DNA of 42,042 nucleotides from Clostridia bacterium (GCA_017436885.1 JAFSCG010000215.1:1-42042), one strand, 5' to 3'; shown: positions 16,991 to 24,858, counted from the first letter of the stretch. Notes: generated from the letters alone by a model not told the origin. Translations and numbers: made by a program.

Positions 16991-18917
16991 TTTTGTTTCC
17001 TTTCTGTTGCTTATGTATATTATCTTCTTCTCCGCCAAGGCGCTTGGCGTGAAGAGCTATGTGGGTATCAAAGGCACGGCAAAGCTCCGGCTCGTGCCTT
17101 CTCAGGGCAATGAACTCCTGCCCCAAAGCAAATCTGCAATGCTCCTCGATGTGGGTGGCGTCGTCATCGTAAGGACCGGGCTCCCCGATACCGCAGGCAG
17201 TAAGCATCGCGTTCTCCTTTTTTGCATTTTTTACGTGCAGTTCTTCGGAGGAAAGAAGCTCCGAGTAACAGCCGAGCCGCATAAGCTCCAAAGCGCGTCT
17301 GCGTGTAGAGCGGGGCACCTTGCCGTTTTCGTCGTTGAAGAGACCGAGCTTGAGCGCGTTGAAAAACTCTTGTTTTTGTGCTTCCTCGCCGTATTTCAAC
17401 TCGTTTTCCGTTTCGAATGCTATATCAAAGGAGTTAATATCCGAGGAGTTCCACACAAAGGCTCCACTGCCGTCGGAAGCGCCAACGCACTCAACCGTGC
17501 GGCTTCCGCTGGCGCAACGCTTGAATATTCCGAGCCAAATTCGTGCAAGCCTTTTCACTGCGTCGCGCAAATTATCTCCCGTAAGTGAAATACGTGTGGA
17601 ATCTATCTGCTGCAGCTTCTCTATCGCGCGCCCGCTGACGATACCGGTAGGCGTGTTGCCGACCACGGTCATCTGCGATACGCCCGCAGTGTACTCCATC
17701 TCCCTTGCGATGCTCTCGCACTCCAGCCGCACCTCGCCCGAAATATCGGGGAAGTTCAGCGGCGAGGGCGCGCCGCGCTCGGGATTGTACTCCACCACCT
17801 TGCCGGGAGTAACGCCGCAGTCCTCAAGGCTTTCCATATCCGCAATGCTTCCCTCGGGCACCAATAGAGGATTGGCCGCGAGAGTGCGTATGTGGTCGTG
17901 GAGCTTGTTTTTCACTCCGTTGTAAGCACGCTGAAGCGGAATCAGCTCCGTAATAACCGAGCGGCCGAAAAACTGCCCCGGCACCGCCTTGCATTTTACT
18001 GCACAGATGGGGATGGTATCGTAGCACAGCTCGCCGTAATGGATGAGCGTATCGTTTGCGGCAATGATCAGCCTGCCCTTGGGGTACACTCTGCCGGGAC
18101 GCTCAAACCACGTAAGCAGGCGCACACTGTTTTCCGCCTTGCGGTAAGTAAGAGCAAAGGCAGAGGATACCGCGCGGCCGTATCCGCCTCCGCTGCCAAC
18201 GGGCGTAAGTGCAAAGGTATCCACGCTTCCGCCCTCCACCCTGATTCCGTAAAGCTCGAAAAGCTCTTCGCTTGTCAGCACCTGCTCGATAAGCACGGTG
18301 CGTTGGTCCTCCACGTCCTGCTTATAGATGCTCTCGGGGTATACCTCGTAGGGAGTAAGAAGTCCGTAGCGAAGCTCCCCCTCGCAGACTTCTTTTCCAT
18401 TCTCAGTGCCAACGCATCTGCCGCCGTCCTTGTCCCACCAGGAAAGCACGAATGCAGTGCCGCAAAGCTCGCACCATTCCAGCAGGGTGTTGCGCTTTCC
18501 TTCAAAATCCGAGGAGGCAATAAAGCTCTTTAACAGCTTTGTTGCAATGCGCGCCTTTTCCTCATCATCAGGGTCATCAGTCTGGGGAAGCACGGCCATA
18601 GTGTACTTAAGCTGCTTGAGATTGGCAATTCGGGACTCCACCAGCGGGGCGATGCGATTATAGGCACCCCGCGGTGCTCCCTCCTCCGTATCATATATCT
18701 CTCCGTTTTGGGGATTGATATCGCAGTACTGATGGCCGGATTGAAAGTTGGCATTCAGTATCCACTGCAGCTCAAGCGGCCTTCGTTCCTCCTTACGGCG
18801 CGAAAGCTCGGAGTGGAGCATTGCAAGAATATCTTCGGCATAAAGCTGACGTCCCTCGCCGTCTCGGTCAAGAGGACGCTCTGTGCTCTTCGCCTTATCC
18901 TGCTCAGGTGTTTTCAT
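16980..18917 (-). CDS. Portal protein (645 aa)
   Basis: Large ORF immediately downstream of TerL, with strong RBS GGAGGGAGGAAAGG. Size and position are typical of podovirus/P22-size portals. The call is positional plus general sequence character. Confidence 0.8.
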   Translation of the reverse strand: MKTPEQDKAKSTERPLDRDGEGRQLYAEDILAMLHSELSRRKEERRPLELQWILNANFQSGHQYCDINPQNGEIYDTEEGAPRGAYNRIAPLVESRIANLKQLKYTMAVLPQTDDPDDEEKARIATKLLKSFIASSDFEGKRNTLLEWCELCGTAFVLSWWDKDGGRCVGTENGKEVCEGELRYGLLTPYEVYPESIYKQDVEDQRTVLIEQVLTSEELFELYGIRVEGGSVDTFALTPVGSGGGYGRAVSSAFALTYRKAENSVRLLTWFERPGRVYPKGRLIIAANDTLIHYGELCYDTIPICAVKCKAVPGQFFGRSVITELIPLQRAYNGVKNKLHDHIRTLAANPLLVPEGSIADMESLEDCGVTPGKVVEYNPERGAPSPLNFPDISGEVRLECESIAREMEYTAGVSQMTVVGNTPTGIVSGRAIEKLQQIDSTRISLTGDNLRDAVKRLARIWLGIFKRCASGSRTVECVGASDGSGAFVWNSSDINSFDIAFETENELKYGEEAQKQEFFNALKLGLFNDENGKVPRSTRRRALELMRLGCYSELLSSEELHVKNAKKENAMLTACGIGEPGPYDDDATHIEEHCRFALGQEFIALRRHEPELCRAFDTHIALHAKRLGGEEDNIHKQQKGNKNER

Positions 18918-19128
18918 TTGCCTTTCCTCCCTCCGGGGCCGTGCGTTTTTTCACTCCCTTGCTCCCATCAAGGGCGGAATTCAGCGCCGCAGCCGCCGCA
19001 ATACATTCCTTGCACAGGAATATACTTCCCGTCATATCCTTGGATCTGGAAAGCAGATAGCTTTCCTTGGCACCGCAGCCGGGAACACTGCAGATGCGCT
19101 TTGTTTTTTTCATAATGTAGCTTTTCAT
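18904..19128 (-). CDS. Small Cys4 zinc-ribbon-like protein (74 aa)
   Basis: CSVPGC...(26 aa)...CKEC arrangement. RBS GGAGGAG. Overlaps the portal start by 14 nt. Confidence 0.5.
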   Translation of the reverse strand: MKSYIMKKTKRICSVPGCGAKESYLLSRSKDMTGSIFLCKECIAAAAALNSALDGSKGVKKRTAPEGGKANENT

Positions 19129-19140
19129 TTTCTCCTCCGG

Positions 19141-20448
19141 CTAACGGCGTACCGCGCCGCGCCTGCATCTTTCAATGGTCTTTTTTCTATGCTCCTCCTC
19201 CCAGCTTACTTCCTTGCGGGTGTTGCTCTTGCGGGTGCGCTCCATGGCAAGGTAGCGGAAGGCGTCGCATATATGGGTAATATCATGGGGCACGGTGGAG
19301 GCGTCGCACGGGTCCTTCGGGTCGCGAAGCAGGGCAGGCAGGCAACGTATCAGCTCCGTGCAGGTGGAGAAGATGCGCACGCCCTTATCCGACGCAAGCA
19401 GCTCCTTTATCTGCATCCAGCCCTGAATACGGTCGTTGTTTGCACGGGACAGTATCAGTCCGTTTTCGCGGAATATCTCCGCCATGGATTTTCCCGTGTC
19501 CTTTTGCCTGTTCCACATATCGGGCGGAGCCGCGGTATCCTCAAACCGCTCTCCGTCGGATAGAGTAACTATTGCCCGCGCCGCCTCGCTTACGATAAGC
19601 TCGGGCTCGCACAGCTCGCGGTAAACGTATATCACGCCCTCCTCGTCCACAGCTGCCCATAAAACGGCAAGCATGTCAAGACCGTAGTCAAAGGCGCGGT
19701 ACCTGCGCCAATGGCTCGGAATAACGAAGGGCTCAACGGTGTGCCTCTCCCTTGAAAATTCGGGGAAATACTGCCCCGCAAACACGTCCCAGTCTCCGTC
19801 AAGCCACGCACGGCGCAGGTCATCCGGCAGGTTTTCAAGAGCACCGAGATATGCGCGGTCGGTGGAAAGCAGGGGCAGATTGTCGTGCACGCCGGCTCTG
19901 ATAAATACGTAGTCCCGCGGGTCCTCGCCATCCTTGTATTTTTTGTCTACAAAAAGGCGTTTGACCCATCCGTGTCCCGGCCCCCCGGGGTTGCAGGTCA
20001 GATAAAATCTTTTCGGAAAATCGTTTGCACCTCTGATAGAGGCTGAAATAAATCGGAATTGGTATTCCGTAAATTGGGTTGCCTCGTCCATGAAGATCAC
20101 GTCGTATTCCACGCCCTGATATTGGGTAAGATCGCTGTCCGATGCGCAGTAGCCGAATTTGATGCGCGAACCGTTCTTAAAGGTAAGACTCTTGTCCGAG
20201 TCGCGGTACACGGCGGCACCGGCTGTCTGCACCGTCAGCTCCTTAATGTGATTTTCATACACCTCGGGGTAGGTGCGACGGATGATAAGCACCCGAATGC
20301 GGGGATAGTTCATGCAAAGGAGTATGGCCTTCATCCTTACGGCAAAGCTCTTTCCGCCTCCGCGCGAGCCTCCGTAGGCAACGTAGCGTGCGTCCGCCTC
20401 AAGGAATTTTTGCTGTGCGCCGAAGGGGCGCGGCAAAGTCAGCTTCAC
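19141..20448 (-). CDS. Terminase large subunit (435 aa)
   Basis: Walker A YGGSRGGGKS, Walker B-like VIFMDEA, and a CNPGGPGHGWVKRLF motif typical of TerL, plus a C-terminal nuclease-like region. GTG start at 20448 in a GTGA overlap with the upstream ORF, with GGAAGGGAG upstream. Confidence 0.9.
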   Translation of the reverse strand: MKLTLPRPFGAQQKFLEADARYVAYGGSRGGGKSFAVRMKAILLCMNYPRIRVLIIRRTYPEVYENHIKELTVQTAGAAVYRDSDKSLTFKNGSRIKFGYCASDSDLTQYQGVEYDVIFMDEATQFTEYQFRFISASIRGANDFPKRFYLTCNPGGPGHGWVKRLFVDKKYKDGEDPRDYVFIRAGVHDNLPLLSTDRAYLGALENLPDDLRRAWLDGDWDVFAGQYFPEFSRERHTVEPFVIPSHWRRYRAFDYGLDMLAVLWAAVDEEGVIYVYRELCEPELIVSEAARAIVTLSDGERFEDTAAPPDMWNRQKDTGKSMAEIFRENGLILSRANNDRIQGWMQIKELLASDKGVRIFSTCTELIRCLPALLRDPKDPCDASTVPHDITHICDAFRYLAMERTRKSNTRKEVSWEEEHRKKTIERCRRGAVRR

Positions 20449-20660
20449 TTTGCAAACTCCCTTCCCTCCTCAAAGCAGATCACTATCTCGCCGTCCTCGT
20501 CCTTTTCCGCAGGCTCGTCGTCGTAGCCGCAAAGCCTGTTTGCCGCCTCGATGGCCTTTGTGGCGGCGTTGGCGGCGCTGGGGTTGAAGCGCACCTCGCT
20601 TACCTCCCCGTCATCCCCCGCGATCTCCTGCCGCGCCGCCTCAATGGAAACGCTGACCAC
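20445..20660 (-). CDS. Terminase small-subunit-like C-terminal fragment (71 aa from a GTG; open frame continues upstream to 20835 with no start codon)
   Basis: VRFNPSAANAATKAIEAANRLCGYDDEP resembles the conserved C-terminal K(A)LE.L.KHLG.. segment of Terminase_2-type small subunits. No helix-turn-helix N-terminal domain is present. There is no SD before the GTG. Confidence 0.45.
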   Translation of the reverse strand: MVSVSIEAARQEIAGDDGEVSEVRFNPSAANAATKAIEAANRLCGYDDEPAEKDEDGEIVICFEEGREFAK

Positions 20661-20920
20661 CTGCTTGAGTCCGCGAAGCGCGTCGGAACGGGTCCATATT
20701 TTTCTGAGCTCATCCCGTTCCTTTTCCTCCTTCGATCTGTGTTTTTTCGCCGTTGCCGCCCCAACCTTCCCCCCGCCGAGGCTGTTTTCTTCCTTTTCGC
20801 TGTTTTTTACCGGTATTCTGATCCCTCATTTCCTTGATCTTTCCGACCGCATCTTAACCATACATCAATTTTTCCGTACAAACCGTACAACTCAAAAATT
20901 TTTTTGAATTTTTTTGCAAC

Positions 20921-20961
20921 AAAAAACGCAACCTCCGAGTTTGTCGGAAATTGCGTTTTTT
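20921..20961 (-). terminator. Rho-independent (bidirectional-looking) terminator of the GH36 gene
   Basis: AACGCAA (20925-20931) pairs with TTGCGTT (20951-20957). An inner stem TCCGA/TCGGA has a 5-nt loop. A-run and T-run flank the hairpin on both sides. It starts 15 nt after the GH36 stop. Confidence 0.65.
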
Positions 20962-20975
20962 CTTATTTATACGGT

Positions 20976-22976
20976 TTAATTATAGAAGTACAGGCGGGAT
21001 TCCCTTCTGTTCTCAATGCGCACGGCAAGACCGTACTTCATCAACGAAGCGCCGTTAAAGTACTCTGTCTTGCCACGCTCCGCCTCGGTGAAGGTGTAAG
21101 ATTTATTCTCGATAAGTCCGCATAGCTTAAAGCTGCATTCGGTATACGGCGCGTCCTTGCGTCTGAAAACAAGCACCATGCCGCGGTCCGTTTCCGGATC
21201 GTGGTATTGCACCGCGCTCCATATATCGCTTACCGCGCTTGCCTTGGTCAGAGGATAGATATCCTTTGTGAGATACGGCCTTACCTTCACGTACTCGGCG
21301 CACATTCCTTCAAGCCAGCGCATAGCCTCGGGATCGTCACCAAAGGTATTTCTTTCCGAGTATGTAAAGTTGGTTGTAAGTGCAGGAGCATACGCGCTTC
21401 TGAAGCGGTAGGTATCAAACCAGATCCTGCCCGTACCCGTGCCCGAATACGGCATCCACGAGCCGTAGGCAAGCGCGTGCGCCTGAGTTGCCTCGGGTGT
21501 GGAATTTGCGGGACACTGCACATCGCTTCTCCAAAGCGGAACGGAACGACGCAGCGTTTCGATATCTATTCGCCTACCGCCCGAAGCGCAGTTATCAATA
21601 AGCAGATAAGGATATTTTTCGCGCAGACAGTCCCAAAGGCGGTAGAGGCCGTTTATGTGCTTTATCTCGGTGATTCCCCTTCTGCCCTCCGTATCGTTTT
21701 TGCGCCACCATTCAAGTGGACCAAAATTGAAGTCCTGACGGTAGACAGAGATATTCAAGCGCCCAATAAGCCCCGAGAGCGTATCAAAGCAGTATTGCCA
21801 AGCGGAGGCATCTCCCAGATTCAAAAGCATGTTGAGATTTTTTTCGTCCGGCGGAGTTATAAAGTATTCGGGATGCTCCGATGCTATCGGAGTTGTTTTT
21901 CTTACGCGCTCGGGCTCCACCCACAAAAGAAAACGCTTGTCGGTTTCCTTTATCGCGGAAACAACGTCTGCAAGTCCGTCGGGATGGCGGAATTTATTGA
22001 CCTCCCAGTTGCCCGTGTGCTGTGCCCAGTCGCCCTCAAACTCGTCGGGCGAGACCTGCTCGCCCGCGCCGTACCAGCCCGCATCCATCCAGTAGCAGTT
22101 AAAGGGAAGCTTTGCGTTTTCCACCTTTTCGATACGTTCAAGACAGCCTGCGGTGCTCATACCGCCCCAAAGTCCCGCGCAGAACGGTAGCTCTGCGCTT
22201 ACCTCTCCCTTGCCTACGGGAGAGTATACGTCCTTTATCAGCCTTCTGAAGCGGTTCTGACCGTCGGCAAACGTGCCGTTATAGCCCAAAACCGTAACGG
22301 ACGAGGTGCGGAAGCTCTCTCCGGGCAAGAGAGAGAACGCGGTGTCCTCGATCTTGCTTTGGAAGAACACACCGTTTTCGTTGCGGGTCAGTACAGCGTT
22401 CCATTGTCCCGTCCAGCCGACGGCAACGATATAACCCTCGTCCCTTCCGCCGTGCTTGACGTTAAAAAACGGTGCATGCGCTCCTTGCGCGGACCGCCCT
22501 GCGGTCGCGGAATATTTTCTGACTGTGCCAACGTATTCCAGCCAGTTGCCGTAGTGGTTTCCGAATATTTTGTCAACGTCGCAGTAAAATTCGTCGCCTG
22601 ACCATTCCGAGCCGCGCGGTACCCAAACCTTGATAACGTTTTCCGACTCGGGCAGATACGCTCTGCCCGTGGTCTTGGGCTCGCAGGGAGAAAAAGCGAG
22701 CTCGAACGCGGAATCCCAAAGCTCGGTGATAATTTCCGTAGGCTCGCTTCCCGTGTTTTCCCAGTAATTCACCCAGTCGCATGCATTATGCTCGGGGTAG
22801 GAAGTGAACACGTTTGTCACCTTCAACCCACCCGCAAGCTCATAAACGGTTGTAACGGTATTTCCGCTCTCGCTTACCGTAACCGCAGGCTCGCCGGCCT
22901 CAAACGGCTTTCCGCCAAAGAGAAACGAGATCCTTTTTTGGTTTTTAAGACTGTTTAGCACAATTTTACCCTCCAT
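20976..22976 (-). CDS. GH36-like (clan GH-D) alpha-galactosidase-family glycoside hydrolase (666 aa)
   Basis: YRQDFN and DNCASGGRRID motifs parallel the KWDMN nucleophile and CSGGGGRFD acid/base motifs of GH36 melibiases. YWMDAGWY and LWVEPE TIM-barrel strands are also present. Confidence 0.65.
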   Translation of the reverse strand: MEGKIVLNSLKNQKRISFLFGGKPFEAGEPAVTVSESGNTVTTVYELAGGLKVTNVFTSYPEHNACDWVNYWENTGSEPTEIITELWDSAFELAFSPCEPKTTGRAYLPESENVIKVWVPRGSEWSGDEFYCDVDKIFGNHYGNWLEYVGTVRKYSATAGRSAQGAHAPFFNVKHGGRDEGYIVAVGWTGQWNAVLTRNENGVFFQSKIEDTAFSLLPGESFRTSSVTVLGYNGTFADGQNRFRRLIKDVYSPVGKGEVSAELPFCAGLWGGMSTAGCLERIEKVENAKLPFNCYWMDAGWYGAGEQVSPDEFEGDWAQHTGNWEVNKFRHPDGLADVVSAIKETDKRFLLWVEPERVRKTTPIASEHPEYFITPPDEKNLNMLLNLGDASAWQYCFDTLSGLIGRLNISVYRQDFNFGPLEWWRKNDTEGRRGITEIKHINGLYRLWDCLREKYPYLLIDNCASGGRRIDIETLRRSVPLWRSDVQCPANSTPEATQAHALAYGSWMPYSGTGTGRIWFDTYRFRSAYAPALTTNFTYSERNTFGDDPEAMRWLEGMCAEYVKVRPYLTKDIYPLTKASAVSDIWSAVQYHDPETDRGMVLVFRRKDAPYTECSFKLCGLIENKSYTFTEAERGKTEYFNGASLMKYGLAVRIENRRESRLYFYN

Positions 22977-23009
22977 TATAGTTGTATAATAATTGTTATT
23001 TACGAAGCT

Positions 23010-23888
23010 TTATACGGGAGTACAAAGCATAAGTACAGCGGCAATGCCGAGCAAAATGCCAATCCATTGCTTTTTCGATAACCGTTCTTTAAAGAACAGT
23101 ACCGCGGCAAGCGTAGAGAGCACAAGTCCTCCTCCGTTTACAACGGGAAAGAAAATTGCGCTGTCGATCACACCCGAAAGATACAGATTGAACTTGTTGT
23201 TGAGCGCCGCACCAACTCCTGCGGCGGTCATGCATAACAGCATAAGCGCAAAGACACGCTTATTTCCGTTATCCGTTTTGTTCCGTCTGCCGAAAAGCAT
23301 TGCAAGAAAAACGGAAAGCAATCCCGAAACAATAAACGCAATAACGAGAAACACGTTCAGCTCGTCACGGTGAGGTGATGACTGATGCACCTTTTGCATA
23401 ATGCCTATACAGCCGATGGATAGAAAATTCACTGTGGCAAGCAGCAGCCAACGAAGCGAGGAGCGCCTTTTGTCCTTATCCTTCTCTGCGGCAAACAAGA
23501 AGCTGCAAAGCATAACCGCAATTCCAACCGCCTGCAATACGGTAATGCTTTCGCCAAAGAAAAGCGCACCAGAAACCGCTGTAACCAAGGTGGAGAATGA
23601 GCCGATAACGGAGGTATAGGACATCGGTCCTATCTGCAACGCCCAAAGAAACGCAAGCGCCTGCAGTGCCGTCACAGCTCCGAACAGAATACCGAACCAA
23701 AGCGTAAATGCGGACGGCACGGACACCCCATAAAGAAGCAACACTCCCGCGGCAACAACGGAGGACACGGCATTAAAGACAAATATCGATGACATATTTC
23801 CGCTTGTGCGGAGAGTATATATTTTTCGGAACACTCCGCCCGCAAGACAGGCAAGAAGCGAAAGGCAAAGCAGAATATAATGATTCAT
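23010..23888 (-). CDS. EamA/DMT-family transporter (about 10 TM helices)
   Basis: Two-fold repeated hydrophobic pattern typical of EamA domains. The start is uncertain: ATG 23888 is preferred, and the ORF-track start 23936 would overlap the araC promoter. Confidence 0.7.
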   Translation of the reverse strand: MNHYILLCLSLLACLAGGVFRKIYTLRTSGNMSSIFVFNAVSSVVAAGVLLLYGVSVPSAFTLWFGILFGAVTALQALAFLWALQIGPMSYTSVIGSFSTLVTAVSGALFFGESITVLQAVGIAVMLCSFLFAAEKDKDKRRSSLRWLLLATVNFLSIGCIGIMQKVHQSSPHRDELNVFLVIAFIVSGLLSVFLAMLFGRRNKTDNGNKRVFALMLLCMTAAGVGAALNNKFNLYLSGVIDSAIFFPVVNGGGLVLSTLAAVLFFKERLSKKQWIGILLGIAAVLMLCTPV

Positions 23889-23899
23889 AAAACACCGTA

Positions 23900-23928
23900 T
23901 TGACATTCTGTTCAGATTACAATATAAT
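23900..23928 (+). promoter_or_regulatory. Perfect consensus sigma-A/sigma-70 promoter for the AraC-family gene
   Basis: TTGACA (23900-23905), an exactly 17-nt spacer, then TATAAT (23923-23928). Confidence 0.7.
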
Positions 23929-24002
23929 TGTACCAAAGCAAAAGCAACATTTCTATGAGTTTTATCTCACAAAATATGATTTTCATGTCAACCGAGGTTA
24001 AA

Positions 24003-24821
24003 ATGTACGAACCGATAAATATACCGGAGCTTCGTTCCGTCACAGATGCCGTTTCGAATATCCGCTTTGCCCTTGTACACTCCCAAAAGGTTTCCTCCCC
24101 CGATGATAAAAGCTATGACCCATTGCATTTGCATCCGTATTGGGAGCTGTATCTGCATCTGTTTGATGAAGCTTCTTTTTTAGCCAACGGTCATCTGTAC
24201 TCCGTAAAGAAGGGCGACGGCATTCTTACCGCACCGGGCAATCCTCATATGCTCGTTTTAAATGCACCTACAGAGACAGAACACTACTGCCTATGGCTGG
24301 ACGTTCCCGAAAATACACCTATCACGGATGCCTTGCGTAGCTTATCATTGCCATTTATACATTTTGATCCAAACCAATTGAACAAGCTGTGCCTTATCTT
24401 TTCCGAAACGGAAAAGGCTACCGAAGCAAATGACAGTCTTTACCTATCGTCTCTCCTATTGCAAACGATATGCACTCTGCGTGATACCGCAAATTCATCC
24501 GAGCTTTATAACACACCGCCGCTTTTGCAACAGATATTGACGGACATCAACGAAAGCTGTGCCGAGATCCGCAACGTGAAGCACCTCTGCGAGAGGCATT
24601 ACACCAGTCCCTCAACTCTCAATCGGCTTTTTCAAAAGCATATTCACGTTTCGCCGCATACGCTTTTGGAGTCCCACAAGCTTGCGCTTGCCGCAAGGCT
24701 CCTTTTAAACGGCGCGTCGGTCATGGACGCTTGCATGCGCTCCGGCTTTTCCGACTGCTCGCACTTCATCGTGCTTTTCAAGCGCAAATTCGGCGTTACG
24801 CCGCATCAGTACAAGTCATAA
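24003..24821 (+). CDS. AraC-family transcriptional regulator (cupin-like N-terminus, HTH C-terminus)
   Basis: The C-terminal SGFSDCSHFIVLFKRKFGVTPHQYK is the AraC HTH signature. ATG 24003 has GAGG 5 nt upstream. The ORF-track start at 23928 lies inside the -10 box. Confidence 0.85.
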   Translation: MYEPINIPELRSVTDAVSNIRFALVHSQKVSSPDDKSYDPLHLHPYWELYLHLFDEASFLANGHLYSVKKGDGILTAPGNPHMLVLNAPTETEHYCLWLDVPENTPITDALRSLSLPFIHFDPNQLNKLCLIFSETEKATEANDSLYLSSLLLQTICTLRDTANSSELYNTPPLLQQILTDINESCAEIRNVKHLCERHYTSPSTLNRLFQKHIHVSPHTLLESHKLALAARLLLNGASVMDACMRSGFSDCSHFIVLFKRKFGVTPHQYKS

Positions 24822-24858
24822 CGCAGGGACAGCATCCCCTGTCCGAAAAAAAAACCGA

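Larger units (their letters stand above)
7201..20835 (-). mobile_element. Phage-derived structural + lysis operon (podovirus-like; prophage remnant or GTA-like element) lacking integrase, repressor and replication modules
   Basis: 16 co-directional ORFs with gaps of 0-55 nt and many start/stop overlaps, in the order TerS-like, TerL, portal, scaffold, capsid, neck/tail, fibres, lysis. The block is flanked directly by the GH36 gene terminator and the S10 operon promoter. Confidence 0.75.

Noticed and set aside
23928-24002. The longer AraC ORF starting at 23928.
   Set aside because: That ATG is the last three bases of the consensus TATAAT box at 23923-23928 (TAT AAT G...), so it would not be on the transcript. 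ATG 24003 has a GAGG RBS.
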